A stretch of 62,900 bases of DNA, the filler included, from Reclinomonas americana ATCC 50394 (Eukaryota), in assembly GCA_048213135.1 (NCBI GenBank). It is 18 parts of 18 records of this genome, joined end to end, with 100 filler letters (N's around TTAATTAATTAA, not from the genome) between each part and the next. Parts side by side here need not be neighbours in the genome. Positions count along the whole stretch, not along the records: positions 58,073 to 59,826 come from AFZH01017954.1; positions 59,927 to 62,900 come from AFZH01017956.1; 16 more parts are not named here. One strand, given 5' to 3'. Position numbers and translations under genes: made by a program. Positions within the stretch are counted from its first letter, which is position 1. The number at the start of each line of letters is the position of its first letter. Shown here one piece after another: positions 59,768 through 62,900 of the stretch. Under the pieces are notes generated by a model. The model was given only the letters and a program-made list of their open reading frames with translations. It did not search any database and was not told the DNA's origin.

Positions 59768-59951
59768 AGTAACTGACGAGACTAGTTCGTAGTACGTTCG
59801 GTTTCCTCTTCCGTTCCTTCTTACTCNNNNNNNNNNNNNNNNNNNNNNNNNNNNNNNNNNNNNNNNNNNNTTAATTAATTAANNNNNNNNNNNNNNNNNN
59901 NNNNNNNNNNNNNNNNNNNNNNNNNNTATTCTCTCTGCTTTCTGTGCGCAG

Positions 59952-62900
59952 TTCGACCTACTCGAAGGAACTGCGTGACATTCTCGATGCGTGCCTGACG
60001 CGCAACACAGCAGCACGACCGAATGTGAGCCAGTTGTTGGGCTTCCCGGCGATGATTGAAAAGGTGGGGGAGGGTGAAGATGGAGAGGCGCTCTGTCATA
60101 CATGCACTCACCTGCCTTTCCCGTTTCGCTGCCGCAGGCCACACAATTGTCCATTGAGCTGCCAACCAAGCACTCGAAACATTCAGCCGCCGCCGCCGCT
60201 GGAAGTTCCTCTGGCGAAGGTCAGTTCCTTCGCATCGCCTTGCCCTCTTGTAAAGAATCACTCAGTCTCTCTCTTTTCATGTACGCAGGATCCTCGTCCG
60301 CCTCCGCCGACAAGAGACCGAGTGCCGTCGCCCCCGCTCCGAATCCGTCGGTGGTGCAGCCAGGAGCTCCACTCGGGGCCAATCGCCCGAGACCACAAGG
60401 TTTTATTGCGATTCTCTTTTCCAGCCTCCTTCACACATCCTTCCACCGGCTCATGCGATGCCTCCCAGCCGTTGCCGCCGCCGCCGTCGCTCCCGCGTCC
60501 GCCGCAGTGGCAGCACCTCCGAAAAAAGTCGGCGTGATTCCCGGCCATGTCATTCGACCGAGTGCGCAGCCGGCTGCTGTCGCTGGCAATCCATCGCCCG
60601 CCGCCGTTGCGGCCGCGTCAGCTGCTGCCGCTGTCATGGCTCCTCCGGCACCGCAGCGAGCATCGGGTCCGACGCCGCCGCCGTCGCAGCTGGCCAGACC
60701 AAGCGTACACTCCAAGACGCGCGTGCGCAGCAAGCCCGGCGTTCCGCCCGTCGTGGTTGCGTTTGTGTACATGGGCTGAGTGGGAATTCTCTCATTCTCT
60801 CTCTCTTTTAAGTGTTTCACTCCCACTCTCTCTTTCACGTGCTTCACTCTCACTCTCTCCCTCTCCATTTCTCCTTCTCTCTTTCGCGTGTTTCGCTCTC
60901 TCTCTCTCTCTCTCTCTTCCTCCCCCTCTCCTTTTCCCTCTCCCTCTCCATTTCTCCCTCCTTTACCTCTCCTTCTCCCTCTCCCTCTCTCCCTCCCTCT
61001 CCCTCTCCCTCTCCTCTCTCCCCCCTCTCTCCCTCTCCCTTCTCCCTCACCCTTCTCCCTTCCCTTCCCTCTCCATTTCCCTTTCCCTTTATCTCCCTCT
61101 TCCCTGCCCCTCTCTCATTTGTTCATCTCCAGTTGCGAGTGGAACCCGTGCGCCGCATTGTCGCCCCGGCCGCAGCCATTGCTGCACCACCGGCAAGACC
61201 CATGCTGCAAGCCAACGCTGTGCCGAGTTTCGCAATCGTACCTTGCCTTGTTCAACCGTGTCGGCCATCCTGACAATCGATGTCGACAGACTTTGTGTAC
61301 CCGATGGTGCCGCAACCGCAACCACAAAACAAGGGCCAGCAGCAACAACAGCGGTCACGACCCACGGTTCTCGATCTGCGACAGAAGCGCATCGCTGGTG
61401 AGCCTCACCAGTGGCGAGACAGAGTGTGCACCACAGAAAGAATGGGCGTCTACCAGCGAGAGAGAGAGAATATGTGCCTCTCAGTCGTCCTTCTCCTCTC
61501 CCACCTGCACCTGACCCAAGCGTATCGCAGATGCACAAAAAGCCAAGGTGCAGGCCATTAACGAGGTAGCCTCGTTGCCTGATGTGGTGGTGCCATCCAA
61601 AGCAGGGTACGTGCGCACTATCGGTTAATGTCTGTCCGCGACCACTCACTTGCCTCTGCGCATGCACACAGCGCCTCTGGCCAGCTCTCGCCATTGTCGC
61701 CACGATCGGCAGCGCGTGAGAGAATTCAACAGAAGCGTTTCGCCAACGACGACGATGCCGCATCTGACTCGCCGCCGTCCCTGTCGCCCTCGGCGGACCA
61801 GAGCTCGCCAGCGCCCAAAGCCACCGATGTCAGTCGTGTGAACGAGATGATGGGACAGGCGATTGGCGTGGCAGGAATGTCGCGACCGAGCGCGCCAGTG
61901 GGAGTGGCACGGCGGCACTTTGGTGCTGGTCCAGCCGTCATTCAAGTGCGCAAGGTGAGCTGCGGGGTTGGTGGGGAAAGTGATGTCTTTTTGCACCTTG
62001 AGTCGAGCGGGGGTAATGTTGAATGTGGATGGTTCGCATAACCTCACCTTTCGCCGGTTTCCTCCTGCTGTCTCGTGCTTCAACTCTTGTCATGTGTTTG
62101 TTTCACCTTCAGCAAATTTGGGTCTCTATTAATTCTCATTTTCGAGCACTCCCTGCCTCTTTCGATTATTTCTCCTCTTATCGATTCTAAATCGTATCCC
62201 AGCACATCTCCCTCTCCGCCATGCTTTCTCGGCACCCGTTTCCCGTTTTTCTTGTCATTCCTCCACGTTTGTTCTCTCTTCTCATCTGCCCCTTGTTTCC
62301 TTCCCATTGCTTTCCTGCCCCTCTCTTCTCCCTCCCCCCTCTCTTCCCCCTCTCTTCCCCCTCTCTTCCCCTTGCTCTTCCCCCTTGCTCTTCCCCCTTC
62401 TCCTTCCCCCCTTCTCCTTCCCTTCCCCTCCCCTTCCCCCCTCTCTCTTCCCCTTGTCCCTTTCTCACATTTCTCCAACAGGTGGCTCCTGTGGTCCACG
62501 GCCCGACAGTGCCCACCACTGCCAGTGCAGCAGCTCCAGCGGTCACCACTGCCGCCACTGCTGCTGCTGCCCCAACATCAACAATGTCTTCCGAGAGCAG
62601 CAACGACAGTCTTGGGCGCAAGACGCGCACATTGTTGGTGCGACGCATGGTCAGCTCACCGAAGCCGTCGCCGCCGAGCTCACCAGCACGCCGTGCCGTG
62701 AGTGCCGGTGCGATCGACGAGTTGGATGGTGAGTGTTATGTGTATTCGTGGGTGCGCACGGTTGAATGAGTCACTGAGTGGAGTGCTGCTTGCTCGCTTG
62801 CTTGCACAGGTCCCGAGTCATATGTGGACGGTTTGTCTTTGCAGAATTGCTGCTGCTTTATTCTTCATCATCCTCTCTCTCTCTCTCTCGTCTTACTTTC
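59952..62900 (+). CDS. Protein kinase, probably NEK/NIMA-like: subdomain XI plus long low-complexity multi-exon tail (partial)
   Basis: YSKELRDILDACLTRNTAARPNVSQLLGFP (59952-60063) is a kinase subdomain XI typical of NEKs; downstream A/P/S-rich exons separated by GT-AG introns. Confidence 0.7.

Overview
Eukaryotic (protist-like) nuclear scaffold: GC-rich exons, many short (~55-70 nt) GT-AG introns, and long introns full of GA/CT microsatellites. Seventeen artificial 100-nt spacers (N44-TTAATTAATTAA-N44) break the window. Several genes (RAD18, GT61, kelch, Coq4-like) continue across them, so they behave as intra-scaffold gaps; 454-type artefacts are present, including a degraded loxP paired-end linker. 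Recognisable genes from manual splicing: TAF1B/Rrn7, ACBP, a kelch protein, SERINC, ARM and SPRY fragments, a GT61 glycosyltransferase, RAD18, a NEK-like kinase tail, and a Coq4-family protein that has lost its HDxxH metal motif. Two elements stand out. (1) Four copies of a RING + TRAF-type Zn-finger + coiled-coil + TLDc gene in two tandem arrays, inverted relative to each other and ~39 kb apart. Their TLDc loops are strongly diversified while the Zn-fingers and at least one intron are near-identical, as expected for a diversifying sensor/E3-ligase family. (2) A Crinkler/RHS-type NTPase + REase + HhH effector gene whose nuclease active site looks degenerate. All family assignments come from motif recognition by eye; no database searches were run.
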